The position numbers and the translations under genes are program-made. From Eubacteriales bacterium (GTDB taxonomy: Bacteria > Bacillota > Clostridia > Oscillospirales > CAG-272), in the NCBI GenBank assembly GCA_045643285.1, contig JAZUKN010000057.1, positions 10,076 to 74,075 on the forward strand: a DNA stretch of 64,000 bases, written 5' to 3'. Below, piece after piece: positions 45,700 through 54,935 of the stretch (its first letter is position 1; every line of letters begins with the position of its first letter). Below the pieces are notes generated by a model. That model made no database searches and was not told the DNA's origin. It worked only from the letters and a program-made list of their open reading frames with translations.

Positions 45700-46992
45700 A
45701 TGGTCGAGATAACAGGGGTGCTTCCCCACTCACGCGCCGCTCGCGCAGGAATAAAAACAGGCGATATCCTCATCTCCGTCAACGGCAGAGACATAAACGA
45801 CGTACTCGACTACCGCTTCCGTCTCGCAGACGAAAAAGTCGAGCTTCTGCTCCACCGCGGCGCGGAGCTTGTCACCGTAAAGATCAAAAAAGACGAGTAC
45901 GACGACATCGGTCTTGAGTTCGGCACGCCCCTCATGGACAAGAAGCACCGCTGTGAAAACGGGTGCGTCTTCTGCTTCATCGATCAGAACCCGAAAGGGA
46001 TGCGCGAAACTATCTACTTCAAGGACGACGACAGCCGTCTATCGTTCCTCCACGGAAACTACATCACGCTGACAAATCTGCACGACGCGGACATCGACCG
46101 AATAATCGAGATGCACATCTCGCCGGTGAACGTGTCCGTGCACACGACAAATCCCGAGCTTCGCGTTAAGATGATGAAGAACAAGCGCGCCGGCGATGTT
46201 CTCGCGTATCTTCGCCGCCTTGCCGACGCAGGTATCACTCTTCGCGGACAGATAGTGCTGTGCAAAGGACTGAACGACGGGGACGAGCTTGACCGCACGA
46301 TGCGCGACCTCTCGGCTTTTTATCCGGCGATGGACAGCGTGTCTGTCGTTCCGGCAGGGCTTACGGGACACCGCGACGGGCTCTATCCGCTTGAACCGTT
46401 CACCGCGGACGAATGCGCCGCCGTCATAAAGCAGGTCGACAGCTTCAACAACACGCTTCCGGAGCGGATGTTCTTCGCCTCCGACGAGTTCTTCGTCAAA
46501 AGCGGCACTCCACTGCCGGGCGGCGACTTCTACGGCGAATACACGCAGATCGAAAACGGCGTCGGAATGCTCACGTCGTTCGGAGACGAATTTTTGTCCC
46601 TGTTCGGCACATACGACAGCACAGACGGCATAAAACCGCGCGAAATATCCGTCGCAACGGGTGAAGCGGCGTATGAGCTGATAAGCTCACTTTGCAATAA
46701 AGTCAATGAAAAATTTCCGCAGATAAAAATACACATCTACCCCGTCAAAAACACGTTCTTCGGCGGTGAAGTGACCGTCACGGGACTGCTCACTGGAAAA
46801 GATCTTCTCGCCGGACTGTCGGGAAAGCCGCTCGGAGATGTGCTTTATCTATCACGCACGATGCTCCGCTCAGAGGGTGACTTGTTCCTCGACGGAACAA
46901 CTCCCGAAGAGCTGTCAAAAATGCTCGGCGTGCCTGTAGAATTCACCGAAAACGACGGCGCGGAGTTCTGCGAAAAGATAATAGGCGAATGA
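45700..46992 (+). CDS. PDZ + DUF512 domain protein (radical-SAM-like, TIGR03279 type)
   Basis: 430 aa with an N-terminal PDZ-like AGIKTGDILISVNG followed by CENGCVFCFIDQ. It lies directly upstream of der, which is conserved in Clostridia. Confidence 0.82.
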   Translation: MVEITGVLPHSRAARAGIKTGDILISVNGRDINDVLDYRFRLADEKVELLLHRGAELVTVKIKKDEYDDIGLEFGTPLMDKKHRCENGCVFCFIDQNPKGMRETIYFKDDDSRLSFLHGNYITLTNLHDADIDRIIEMHISPVNVSVHTTNPELRVKMMKNKRAGDVLAYLRRLADAGITLRGQIVLCKGLNDGDELDRTMRDLSAFYPAMDSVSVVPAGLTGHRDGLYPLEPFTADECAAVIKQVDSFNNTLPERMFFASDEFFVKSGTPLPGGDFYGEYTQIENGVGMLTSFGDEFLSLFGTYDSTDGIKPREISVATGEAAYELISSLCNKVNEKFPQIKIHIYPVKNTFFGGEVTVTGLLTGKDLLAGLSGKPLGDVLYLSRTMLRSEGDLFLDGTTPEELSKMLGVPVEFTENDGAEFCEKIIGE

Positions 46993-47044
46993 TTTCAGTT
47001 ATTCTTTGAAAAATACGCTAATAATAAAAAGGACAGGATATATC

Positions 47045-48379
47045 ATGTCAAAACCGATCATAGCAATAGTAGGACGCCCGAACGTTGGCAAAAGCACGCT
47101 TTTCAACAAGCTCATCGGTGAGCGGCGTGCAATAGTCGAAGACAGCCCCGGCATCACGCGCGACCGTATCTACGGCGAGTGCGAGTGGAGAGGCAAAAAG
47201 CTCACGGTCATCGACACCGGCGGAATCGAGCCGAAGACTGACGACCTTATTCTGAAGAAAATGCGCGAGCAGGCACAGCTTGCGATAGACACAGCCGATG
47301 TTATCATCTTTATGTGCGACATCCGCACGGGACTGCTCGCCGACGACATGGATATTGCCGTCATGCTCAAAAAGAGCGGCAAGCCCGTCGTCCCCGTTAT
47401 CAACAAATCCGACAGGATCGGCGACGTTGCGCCGGAGTTCTACGAGTTCTACGAGCTTGGCTTCAAGATCGACCCGATAGCCATTTCTTCCCTTCACGGA
47501 AGCGGAAGCGGCGACGTTCTTGACGCGGTGCTTGAGGCGCTCCCCGAATTTGAAGAGGAAGAAAAAGACGACGACATCATTTCCGTCGCAGTCATCGGCA
47601 AGCCGAACGCCGGAAAATCGTCTCTCGTAAACCGCGTGCTCGGAAGCGACAGATGTATCGTGTCCGACATTCCCGGCACGACGCGCGACGCTATCGACAC
47701 GCAGTTCGAGAACGACTGGGGAAAATACAATTTCATCGACACCGCAGGCATCCGCCGTCAGTCGAGAGTTGACGACAAGGTCGAAAAGATCAGCGTGCTG
47801 CGCGCGAAAATGGCAGTCGACCGTGCAGACGTTTGTCTCATCATGATCGACGCGAACGAGGGCATCACCGAGCAGGACGAAAAGATCGCCGGTACAGCAC
47901 ACGAAGCCGGCAAAGCGTCGATAATCTGCGTGAACAAGTGGGATTCCGTCGACAAGGACAACTCAACGACGAACAAGTTCACAAAGGACATCGAAACCGC
48001 GCTGTCGTATATGACTTACGCGCCTATCATGTTCATCTCGGCAAAGACCGGACAGAGAGTCGACAAGCTGTTTGAGCTTATAAACTACGTCAACAACCAG
48101 TCGAAGATGCGCGTCTCCACGGGTATGCTCAACGACGTGCTGGCAGACGCAGTTTCCCGCGTTCAGCCGCCGTCCGACAAGGGCAGAAGACTGAAGATAT
48201 ACTATATGACTCAGGCGTCCGTTGCACCGCCGACGTTTGTCATCTTCTGCAACAACGCGGAACTCTTCCACTTCTCTTATCAGAGATATATCGAAAACTG
48301 TCTCCGCGAAACGTTCGGCTTCAAGGGCACGCCCGTCAAGCTGATAATCCGCCAGAAAGGCGAAAACGACGACGAATAA
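47045..48379 (+). CDS. der: Ribosome-biogenesis GTPase Der (EngA)
   Basis: Two tandem G domains (GRPNVGKST, GKPNAGKSS; DTGG, DTAG; NKSD, NKWD) plus a KH-like C-terminus. Start is the ATG at 47045. Confidence 0.95.
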   Translation: MSKPIIAIVGRPNVGKSTLFNKLIGERRAIVEDSPGITRDRIYGECEWRGKKLTVIDTGGIEPKTDDLILKKMREQAQLAIDTADVIIFMCDIRTGLLADDMDIAVMLKKSGKPVVPVINKSDRIGDVAPEFYEFYELGFKIDPIAISSLHGSGSGDVLDAVLEALPEFEEEEKDDDIISVAVIGKPNAGKSSLVNRVLGSDRCIVSDIPGTTRDAIDTQFENDWGKYNFIDTAGIRRQSRVDDKVEKISVLRAKMAVDRADVCLIMIDANEGITEQDEKIAGTAHEAGKASIICVNKWDSVDKDNSTTNKFTKDIETALSYMTYAPIMFISAKTGQRVDKLFELINYVNNQSKMRVSTGMLNDVLADAVSRVQPPSDKGRRLKIYYMTQASVAPPTFVIFCNNAELFHFSYQRYIENCLRETFGFKGTPVKLIIRQKGENDDE

Positions 48380-48412
48380 ACCCACATCCCCCCTTTTTTT
48401 GGAGAAAAAACA

Positions 48413-49198
48413 ATGCTCTATTTTCTTTTTGGTAACGAAACAGGCTATTCCCTCAACCACATCGGCGTGATAGGCACTTTCCTGTGGAAGGACGGTGCCT
48501 TGATGTTCCCCGTAATGCTCGCGTTTCTTGCGCTCTCACTGTTTATCGGCTATCTTCTCGGAAGCGTGAACTTCGCGCTCATCTTCTCAAAGAGAATGTA
48601 CGGTGAAGACATCCGCAAATCGGGAAGCGGCAACGCCGGCTTTACGAATATGATGCGGAATTACGGCGGAAAGGCAGCGTATCTCACTTTCGTCGGAGAC
48701 TTTGTGAAGACTGTCGCCGCAGTCCTCATCGGCTGGGTGCTGTACGGTTATCTAGGTGCGTGGACAGGTGCGCTCGGTGCGATACTCGGTCACGTCTTTC
48801 CGCTCTACCACAACTTCCGCGGCGGCAAAGGGATAGTCTGCCTCACCGCAACTCTCGTCGTGCTCGACTGGAGGATATTCCTCGTCTTGTTCGTCATCTT
48901 CATGGTGACGGCATTCACGACAAAATATATCTCCCTCGCGTCTTTCATCTGCGGCGCGACTCTTCCGATATTTGCAAGCCGTTTCTACAAGGCGACAGCG
49001 GTCGAGGGTGGTATACTGATCGACGAAAACAGCCGTCTCAAAGCGTTCGTTACAATGGTATGCCTGATAATCGCGGTGATCATCGTAGTGAAGCACATCC
49101 CGAACATCAAACGCATCAGCGACGGCAGAGAAGGCAAATTCACCTTTAATAAATCGAAAAAAACGTTTGAAGAAGTAAAAACGGACAAACAGAAATGA
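48413..49198 (+). CDS. plsY: Glycerol-3-phosphate acyltransferase PlsY
   Basis: IGYLLGSVNF, GSGNAGFTN and FRGGKG motifs are present. The start could instead be the ATG at 48503, 30 codons further in. The C-terminal tail is basic. Confidence 0.88.
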   Translation: MLYFLFGNETGYSLNHIGVIGTFLWKDGALMFPVMLAFLALSLFIGYLLGSVNFALIFSKRMYGEDIRKSGSGNAGFTNMMRNYGGKAAYLTFVGDFVKTVAAVLIGWVLYGYLGAWTGALGAILGHVFPLYHNFRGGKGIVCLTATLVVLDWRIFLVLFVIFMVTAFTTKYISLASFICGATLPIFASRFYKATAVEGGILIDENSRLKAFVTMVCLIIAVIIVVKHIPNIKRISDGREGKFTFNKSKKTFEEVKTDKQK

Positions 49199-50358
49199 CT
49201 GACGAAAAGATAAAAGCGTTCGCATCTCTCGCCGAAAAAAGCGCGACTGCCGGAACGCTATGCAATATAGTTTTTCACTCTCCGAAAGTCGGAGATATGC
49301 TCAAAGCGAAAGGAACTCTCCGCTCGGTATCCGGAGAAGACGTCGTGCAGTTTGAAACTTCGCTCACCGAGGGCAGAGTATCGCAGAAAAACGTGAAGCT
49401 CGCTTTCCTCTCGGAAGAGATCGCACGGCTGTTTGATATTTACACTAAAGCTGATCTCAACGACAGCGGCGGAAGCGCGTCTCTGATGATCTCGAAAAAA
49501 GGCGCGGTGACGCTCCTCAAAAAAGGAAAGATCGGCGAGGGCAGAGAGAAAACAGTTCTACAGTTGTCGAATAACCGCGAGAAAAAGCACCTACTTGACG
49601 GGAGCGAGCCGTTTCTCTTTTCTCTCGGCGTATCCGACGAAAACGGACGGGTACACGACAAGCGTCAGTCGAAATTCAGACAGATCTGCCGTTTTGCGGA
49701 ATACATCTGCGACGCTGAAAAGAAACTGAAAAAGAACGGCACGCTGTACGTCTGCGACCTCTGCTGCGGAAAAAGCTATCTATCGTTCGCGTGCTATCAT
49801 GTGCTGACCGAGATATGCGGACGGGATGTGATAATGGCGTGTGTCGATCTCAAGGCGAGCGTTATGGAATACTGCTCGGGTATCGCAAAATCGGCTCACA
49901 TGGACGGGATTAAGTTCTACGCAATGGACATAAACGACTTCGTACCCGAAGAAAAGCCCGATCTTGTGATCTCTCTCCACGCCTGCGATACGGCGACGGA
50001 CATCGTTCTCGACTTCGCCGCAAAAAACCGCGCGGATATGATACTCTCGACTCCGTGCTGTCATCATCAGATGAACCGCGAGATGGACTGCCCGACGCTT
50101 GATTTTATCGGAAGCCGTCCCATTCTCCGTCAGAAGCTCTGCGACGCGGCAACGGATGCACTGCGGCTCTTAAAACTCGAATCCGAGGGCTACAAAACGG
50201 ACGCAACGGAGCTGATCGACCCCGAAGAAACACCGAAAAACGTCATGCTGAGAGCGGAAAGAATAAGGCTTTACGACTTTGATTCACCGGAAGCCGCAGA
50301 AAAAGTGAAGAAATACCGCTCGACTTACGCTTTCCTTTACGGAAAAGAACCGGAATAA
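49195..50358 (+). CDS. Class I SAM-dependent methyltransferase (Methyltransf_32-like)
   Basis: 387 aa with a SAM-binding-like VCDLCCGKSYLS and downstream SLHACDTATD. It overlaps the plsY stop by 4 nt. Confidence 0.72.
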   Translation: MTDEKIKAFASLAEKSATAGTLCNIVFHSPKVGDMLKAKGTLRSVSGEDVVQFETSLTEGRVSQKNVKLAFLSEEIARLFDIYTKADLNDSGGSASLMISKKGAVTLLKKGKIGEGREKTVLQLSNNREKKHLLDGSEPFLFSLGVSDENGRVHDKRQSKFRQICRFAEYICDAEKKLKKNGTLYVCDLCCGKSYLSFACYHVLTEICGRDVIMACVDLKASVMEYCSGIAKSAHMDGIKFYAMDINDFVPEEKPDLVISLHACDTATDIVLDFAAKNRADMILSTPCCHHQMNREMDCPTLDFIGSRPILRQKLCDAATDALRLLKLESEGYKTDATELIDPEETPKNVMLRAERIRLYDFDSPEAAEKVKKYRSTYAFLYGKEPE

Positions 50359-50386
50359 AATATAATTACATAAAAGAGGTATCATT

Positions 50387-51682
50387 ATGGACAAAAGTGA
50401 ACTTCTGCGCGAGATCAGCCGCACGGATATTCCGGCAGAGGCGCGTCTTGACGCACTGCGCGGACTGAAAGCGAAGATCGACTCAGGCGAGATAGAAACG
50501 CCCGAGAAAACCGTCTTTGTTAACAACCACATCCACACCTGCTACTCGTTCTCGCCATATACACCCACGTCCGCCGTCTTCTACGCATGGAAAGCCGGAC
50601 TCGGCACTGCCGGTATCATGGATCACGACTCCGTCGGCGGTATGCGTGAGTTCATCGAAGCCGGTGCGATCATGGGTATGCCTATCACCTGCGGTTTTGA
50701 ATGCCGCGTGAACGTCGACGGAACACCGCTCGTCGGCAAGCGTATCAACAACCCCGACCAGCACTCGTGCGCGTACCTTGCGATGCACGGCATACCGCAT
50801 CAGAATATCGACAAAGCGGAAGCCGTTCTCGCCGGTCTGAGAAAAAAGAGAAACATCCGCAACAAAAAAATGTGCGAAAAGATCACGGAGCTGACTTCCC
50901 CGTTCGGTATTGTTCTCGATTTTGATACGGACGTATATCCGCTCTCCATGGCGGACTTCGGCGGAAGCGTCACCGAGCGGCATATTTGCTTCGGGCTCAC
51001 GAAAAAGATCGTCGCGGCATACCCCGACAGAGCGGCGGCGTGCGATTTCATCGACCGTCTCTGCGGCGCGAAGATGAGCGACAAGGTAAGGGACAAGCTC
51101 CTCACTGCCCCCGACAGTTTCTACGAATACGACATCCTCGGCGTGCTGAAAGGTCATCTCGTCGAGAAGTTCTACATACCTGCGACCGACGAGTGCATCA
51201 ACATCCGCGAGTTCACCGCGCTTGCAAAAGAGCTGGGCGCGATCTCGGCTTACGCATATCTCGGCGACGTGGGCGAATCCCCCACAGGCGACAAGAAAGC
51301 GCAGAAATTCGAGGACGATTTCCTCCCCGATGTGTTCGACACGCTCGCGGACTGCGGTTTTTCTGCGGTAACGTATATGCCGTCGAGAAACACGAAAGAA
51401 CAGCTTGCGCGCCTCATCGGAATGTGCCACGACAGAGGACTGTTCGAGATATCCGGCGAGGACATCAACTCTCCGCGCCAGTCGTTCATCTGCCCCGCCC
51501 TCGCCGATCCGGCATACGCGCACCTCAGAAAAGCAACGTATGCGCTGATCGGTCACGAAAAAGCGGCGACCGAAGACATAACCAAAGCGATGTTCTCCGA
51601 TGAAACAAAGAAAAATTTTCCGTCAATGGACGAGAGAATAGAAGTATACGCTGAAATAGGCGGATACGAAGAATTAAAGTAA
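50387..51682 (+). CDS. PHP-domain metal-dependent phosphoesterase
   Basis: 431 aa. The N-terminal VNNHIHTCYSFSPY and GIMDHDS are PHP metal-binding motifs. Confidence 0.8.
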   Translation: MDKSELLREISRTDIPAEARLDALRGLKAKIDSGEIETPEKTVFVNNHIHTCYSFSPYTPTSAVFYAWKAGLGTAGIMDHDSVGGMREFIEAGAIMGMPITCGFECRVNVDGTPLVGKRINNPDQHSCAYLAMHGIPHQNIDKAEAVLAGLRKKRNIRNKKMCEKITELTSPFGIVLDFDTDVYPLSMADFGGSVTERHICFGLTKKIVAAYPDRAAACDFIDRLCGAKMSDKVRDKLLTAPDSFYEYDILGVLKGHLVEKFYIPATDECINIREFTALAKELGAISAYAYLGDVGESPTGDKKAQKFEDDFLPDVFDTLADCGFSAVTYMPSRNTKEQLARLIGMCHDRGLFEISGEDINSPRQSFICPALADPAYAHLRKATYALIGHEKAATEDITKAMFSDETKKNFPSMDERIEVYAEIGGYEELK

Positions 51683-51726
51683 GAAGTAAAATGAATATGA
51701 AAGAAGTAGACAAAGTGATCAAAAAA

Positions 51727-51880
51727 ATTTGCATTCACTTTGTAATAAAGGGGAGTCCAGAGGGGGAATGAGCTTGCTCCTTCCCCCTTTGGCGGGTAGA
51801 TTGACAAGAAGGTGACGGTCACCTTCTTGTCCGCCCCGCGCGTAGCGGAAACCATGAAATCGAAAACACGAAGTGTTTTC
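51727..51880 (-). repeat. Single inverted copy of the mosaic hairpin-module repeat (short subtype)
   Basis: Contains gacaagaaggtgac-g-gtcaccttcttgtc (51803..51831) and gaaaacac-gaa-gtgttttc (51862..51880). It nearly matches 15905..16015 by eye. Confidence 0.88.
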
Positions 51881-51965
51881 TTCCCCTTTACTCAAAAAAT
51901 GAATTACAACAAAACAAAAATAGAAAAATAAAAAAAGCATTTTTTACGAAAGGACAGATAAAACC

Positions 51966-53918
51966 ATGTCACTCGAAACACTCGTTAAGTTCTCGAACCG
52001 CTACGGCAAGACGGACGGCTTCGTCCTCGCAGGCGGCGGCAACACATCCGCAAAAGAGGGCGAATACCTCTTCGTCAAGGGAAGCGGCACTTCCCTCGCA
52101 ACGATCACCGCAGACGGTTTCGTCCGTATGGATCGCGCAAAGCTCGACGCTATCTGGCAGAAAAACTACTCCACCGACACCGCCGCACGTGAAAGCGAAG
52201 TCCTCGCCGACCTCATGGCTTCCCGCGCAGACTGCAACTCGAAACGCCCGTCAGTCGAGACACTTCTCCACAATCTCTTCCCGCAAAAATACGTTCTCCA
52301 CGTCCACCCGACCAAGGTAAACGGTCTCACTTGCTCCAAGAGCGGCAAGGAAGCCGCTGGGGCGCTCTTCCCGAACGCCGTATGGGTTGACGAATGCGAG
52401 CCCGGCTACATACTCGCGTCAAGGTGCAGAACAGCCCTCACAAACGCAAAAATGAAAACCGGCAAGGACGCCGATGTCGTCATCCTCCAGAATCACGGCA
52501 TCTTCTTCGCGGCAGACGACGAAAAATCACTCGACGCACTTGTTGACGGATTTATGGCAAAGCTCAATGAACAGCTCAAAGCTCAGCCAGATTTTACATC
52601 TGTAGAACAGTATGACGCAGAGACAGCCGCAACGATCGCGCCGGTTCTCCGTCTGCTCTACAATGAAAACGGCACGGCATACGTCCACTTCACGGCAAAC
52701 AAAGAAGTAATGAAGTACGCTGAATCGGCTGAGGCATTCTCCGTGCTGAAACATCCGCTCTCTCCCGATCACATCGTTTACTGCAAGGCTGAGCCGCTCT
52801 TCCTCGAGGATTTCTCAGTCGACGGAATCAAAGCCGCATTTACTGAACTGAAAGAACGCCGCGGATTCGCTCCGAAGATCGTCTTCGCAAAGGGCGTCGG
52901 TATGTTCGCTCTCGGCGCAAACGTCAAGGAAGCGAAGATCGCCGCAGACGTTTGGGCAGACGCAATGGCAGTATCCGACTACGCCGCAAACTTCGGCGGT
53001 GTCCGCCACATGGCAAAAGAGCTTGAAGAATTCATCGTGAACTGGGAAGTCGAGAGCTATCGCTCGAAAGTATCCCTTTCCGCAAACGCAGACAAGCCGC
53101 TCTCCGGCAAAATCGCGCTCGTCACCGGCTCCGCGCAGGGCTTCGGCGAAGGTATCGCACGCAATCTTGCCGCCGCAGGTGCATCCGTTGTTATTGCCGA
53201 CATGAACGCGGCAGGAGCGCAGAAGACAGCCGACGCTATCGCAGAAGAATACGGCGTTCCGACTATCGCAATAGCAGGCAACGTGACCGACGAAGAATCC
53301 GTCAAAGCGATGTTCCGCGACACAGTGCTCTCCCTCGGCGGCGGCCTTGATATTTTCGTTAACAACGCAGGTATCGTCCGCTCCGGCTCGCTTGAAGAGA
53401 TGACAAAATCGAACTTCGAGCTTGTCGCGTCCGTCAACTACACGGCATACTTCCTCTGCACGAAGTACGCATCCGCCGTCATGAAGTTACAGCGCGCCGC
53501 CGCTCCCGAATACATGGCTGACATTATCGAGATCAACTCGAAGTCGGGACTTGCAGGCTCCAACAAAAACTTTGCATACGCCGGCTCGAAGTTCGGCGGC
53601 ATAGGTCTGACGCAGTCGTTCGCCATGGAGCTTGCTCCTTACGGCATCAAGGTCAACGCGGTCTGCCCCGGCAACTTCCTCGACGGTCCTCTGTGGTCCG
53701 ACCCCGAAAAGGGACTGTTCGTTCAGTACCTCAAGGCAGGCAAAGTCCCGGGTGCAACGTGCGTTGAAGACGTGCGCAAGTTCTACACGTCGAAAGTACC
53801 GCTCGGACGCGGATGCCGCATTGAAGACGTCGCAAAAGCCGTGCTCTACATAATCAACCAGAAGTACGAGACAGGACAGGCTGTTCCCGTAACCGGCGGT
53901 CAGGAAATGCTGAAGTAA
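51966..53918 (+). CDS. Bifunctional class II aldolase / short-chain dehydrogenase (rhamnulose-1-phosphate aldolase/lactaldehyde dehydrogenase-like, YuxG/RhaEW type)
   Basis: 650 aa. The N-terminal aldolase-like half is followed by an SDR half with TGSAQGFG and the catalytic YAGSK. Confidence 0.86.
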   Translation: MSLETLVKFSNRYGKTDGFVLAGGGNTSAKEGEYLFVKGSGTSLATITADGFVRMDRAKLDAIWQKNYSTDTAARESEVLADLMASRADCNSKRPSVETLLHNLFPQKYVLHVHPTKVNGLTCSKSGKEAAGALFPNAVWVDECEPGYILASRCRTALTNAKMKTGKDADVVILQNHGIFFAADDEKSLDALVDGFMAKLNEQLKAQPDFTSVEQYDAETAATIAPVLRLLYNENGTAYVHFTANKEVMKYAESAEAFSVLKHPLSPDHIVYCKAEPLFLEDFSVDGIKAAFTELKERRGFAPKIVFAKGVGMFALGANVKEAKIAADVWADAMAVSDYAANFGGVRHMAKELEEFIVNWEVESYRSKVSLSANADKPLSGKIALVTGSAQGFGEGIARNLAAAGASVVIADMNAAGAQKTADAIAEEYGVPTIAIAGNVTDEESVKAMFRDTVLSLGGGLDIFVNNAGIVRSGSLEEMTKSNFELVASVNYTAYFLCTKYASAVMKLQRAAAPEYMADIIEINSKSGLAGSNKNFAYAGSKFGGIGLTQSFAMELAPYGIKVNAVCPGNFLDGPLWSDPEKGLFVQYLKAGKVPGATCVEDVRKFYTSKVPLGRGCRIEDVAKAVLYIINQKYETGQAVPVTGGQEMLK

Positions 53919-53942
53919 CTTAATATACACATAAAGGAAAAT

Positions 53943-53971
53943 CACTTCACTTGAAGTGGTTTTCTTTTTTT
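53943..53971 (+). terminator. Intrinsic terminator after the aldolase/SDR gene
   Basis: cacttca-ct-tgaagtg followed by a long T-rich run (gttttcttttttt). Confidence 0.6.
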
Positions 53972-54071
53972 GACCACTCCCTTGCAAAAATAACTTCATT
54001 TATACTTTTAACTACATTTGTGCTATGAATATTCACCAAAAGATGTATATTTTTATTGTTTGAGTTGATAA

Positions 54072-54100
54072 TTGACAAATACTTCACCATTTTATATAAT
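54072..54100 (+). promoter_or_regulatory. Consensus sigma-A promoter for the BlaI-family gene
   Basis: TTGACA (54072..54077), 17-nt spacer, TATAAT (54095..54100), within a ~270-bp AT-rich spacer. Confidence 0.65.
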
Positions 54101-54189
54101 TTTTATAGTAAAGTGGATTGGTGTTTATTTCATTTTGTTTAATTATGTACAAACATTTATATTAAATGAACGTGTAAGGAGACTATAAA

Positions 54190-54573
54190 ATGAGAGGCAG
54201 AAGAAAAACAGCCAGGATCTCGGAAGCCGAATGGAACATTATGAAAGTTCTGTGGAAAGGCACGGGAGATCACGGGCGCGGCATGACGCTCGGCGAGATC
54301 GTAACGGAGCTTTCCGAACCGACGGGCTGGAGCGATACAACGATCCGTACGCTCATCATTCGCCTTTCGGAAAAAGGTGCAGTCTCGATCGACAAATCAA
54401 CGGGTGTATACAAGTACACGCCGATCCCGTCTTTCGGCGATTCCGTAGCGGCTGAAACGAATGCGTTTCTTATGCGCGTTTACGACGGAAAAGCGGCGGA
54501 TTTGATAATCGACTTACTGAAGTCCGCGTCTCTCTCGGAAGAAGACCGCGAAGCGATCAGAAAAGCGCTGTAA
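54190..54573 (+). CDS. BlaI/MecI/CopY-family winged-helix repressor
   Basis: 127 aa. ISEAEWNIMKVLW...TTIRTLIIRLSEKGAV is typical of the penicillinase repressor family. No adjacent BlaR1/M56 sensor gene is present. Confidence 0.86.
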   Translation: MRGRRKTARISEAEWNIMKVLWKGTGDHGRGMTLGEIVTELSEPTGWSDTTIRTLIIRLSEKGAVSIDKSTGVYKYTPIPSFGDSVAAETNAFLMRVYDGKAADLIIDLLKSASLSEEDREAIRKAL

Positions 54574-54588
54574 CAGAGAAACGAAAAG

Positions 54589-54620
54589 TCCCTCACGAAA
54601 AAGTGAGGGATCTTGTTTTT
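54589..54620 (+). terminator. Intrinsic terminator after the BlaI-family gene
   Basis: tccctcac-gaaaaa-gtgaggga followed by tcttgttttt. Confidence 0.75.
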
Positions 54621-54660
54621 CTTTCGGGAAAGAAATAAAGAAAGCTATAACATATATAGA

Positions 54661-54866
54661 AGAGGAAGAAAACGTCTGAGACGTTTTCTTCCTCTTGCCT
54701 ATGTGAAGTATGTGCAAATCGCCAGACGGGAGACCAATGGTCTCCCCTACGGTGGAAAACGATATTCCGTGCGCAGCCGTGACAATTCTTCGCCGGAAGA
54801 AATAACGTGCGGTTCCGCGCGTAGCCGCAGAAAACAGTTTCTTTCAAAAACGTTTCAAACGTTTTT
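54661..54866 (-). repeat. Inverted partial copy of the mosaic hairpin-module repeat
   Basis: A 16-bp perfect hairpin agaggaagaaaacgtc-tga-gacgttttcttcctct lies at 54661..54695. gggagacc-aat-ggtctccc (54728..54746) is followed by ctacgg, and aaaaacgt-ttcaa-acgttttt lies at 54846..54866. The region is collinear with 16030..16154. Confidence 0.82.
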
Positions 54867-54876
54867 CCCCTTTCGC

Positions 54877-54905
54877 TTGACGCACGCGAAAACCTGCTGT
54901 ATAAT
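54877..54905 (+). promoter_or_regulatory. Sigma-A promoter for azlC-azlD
   Basis: TTGACG (54877..54882), 17-nt spacer, TATAAT (54900..54905). Confidence 0.65.
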
Positions 54906-54935
54906 AAGGGGTACTATTTTTTCGAGGACTTTATC

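Noticed and set aside
54145-54156. ATGT-acaa-ACAT dyad as a BlaI operator
   Set aside because: It is only a 4-bp inverted repeat and does not match the TACAnnTGTA core. This is too weak to annotate.
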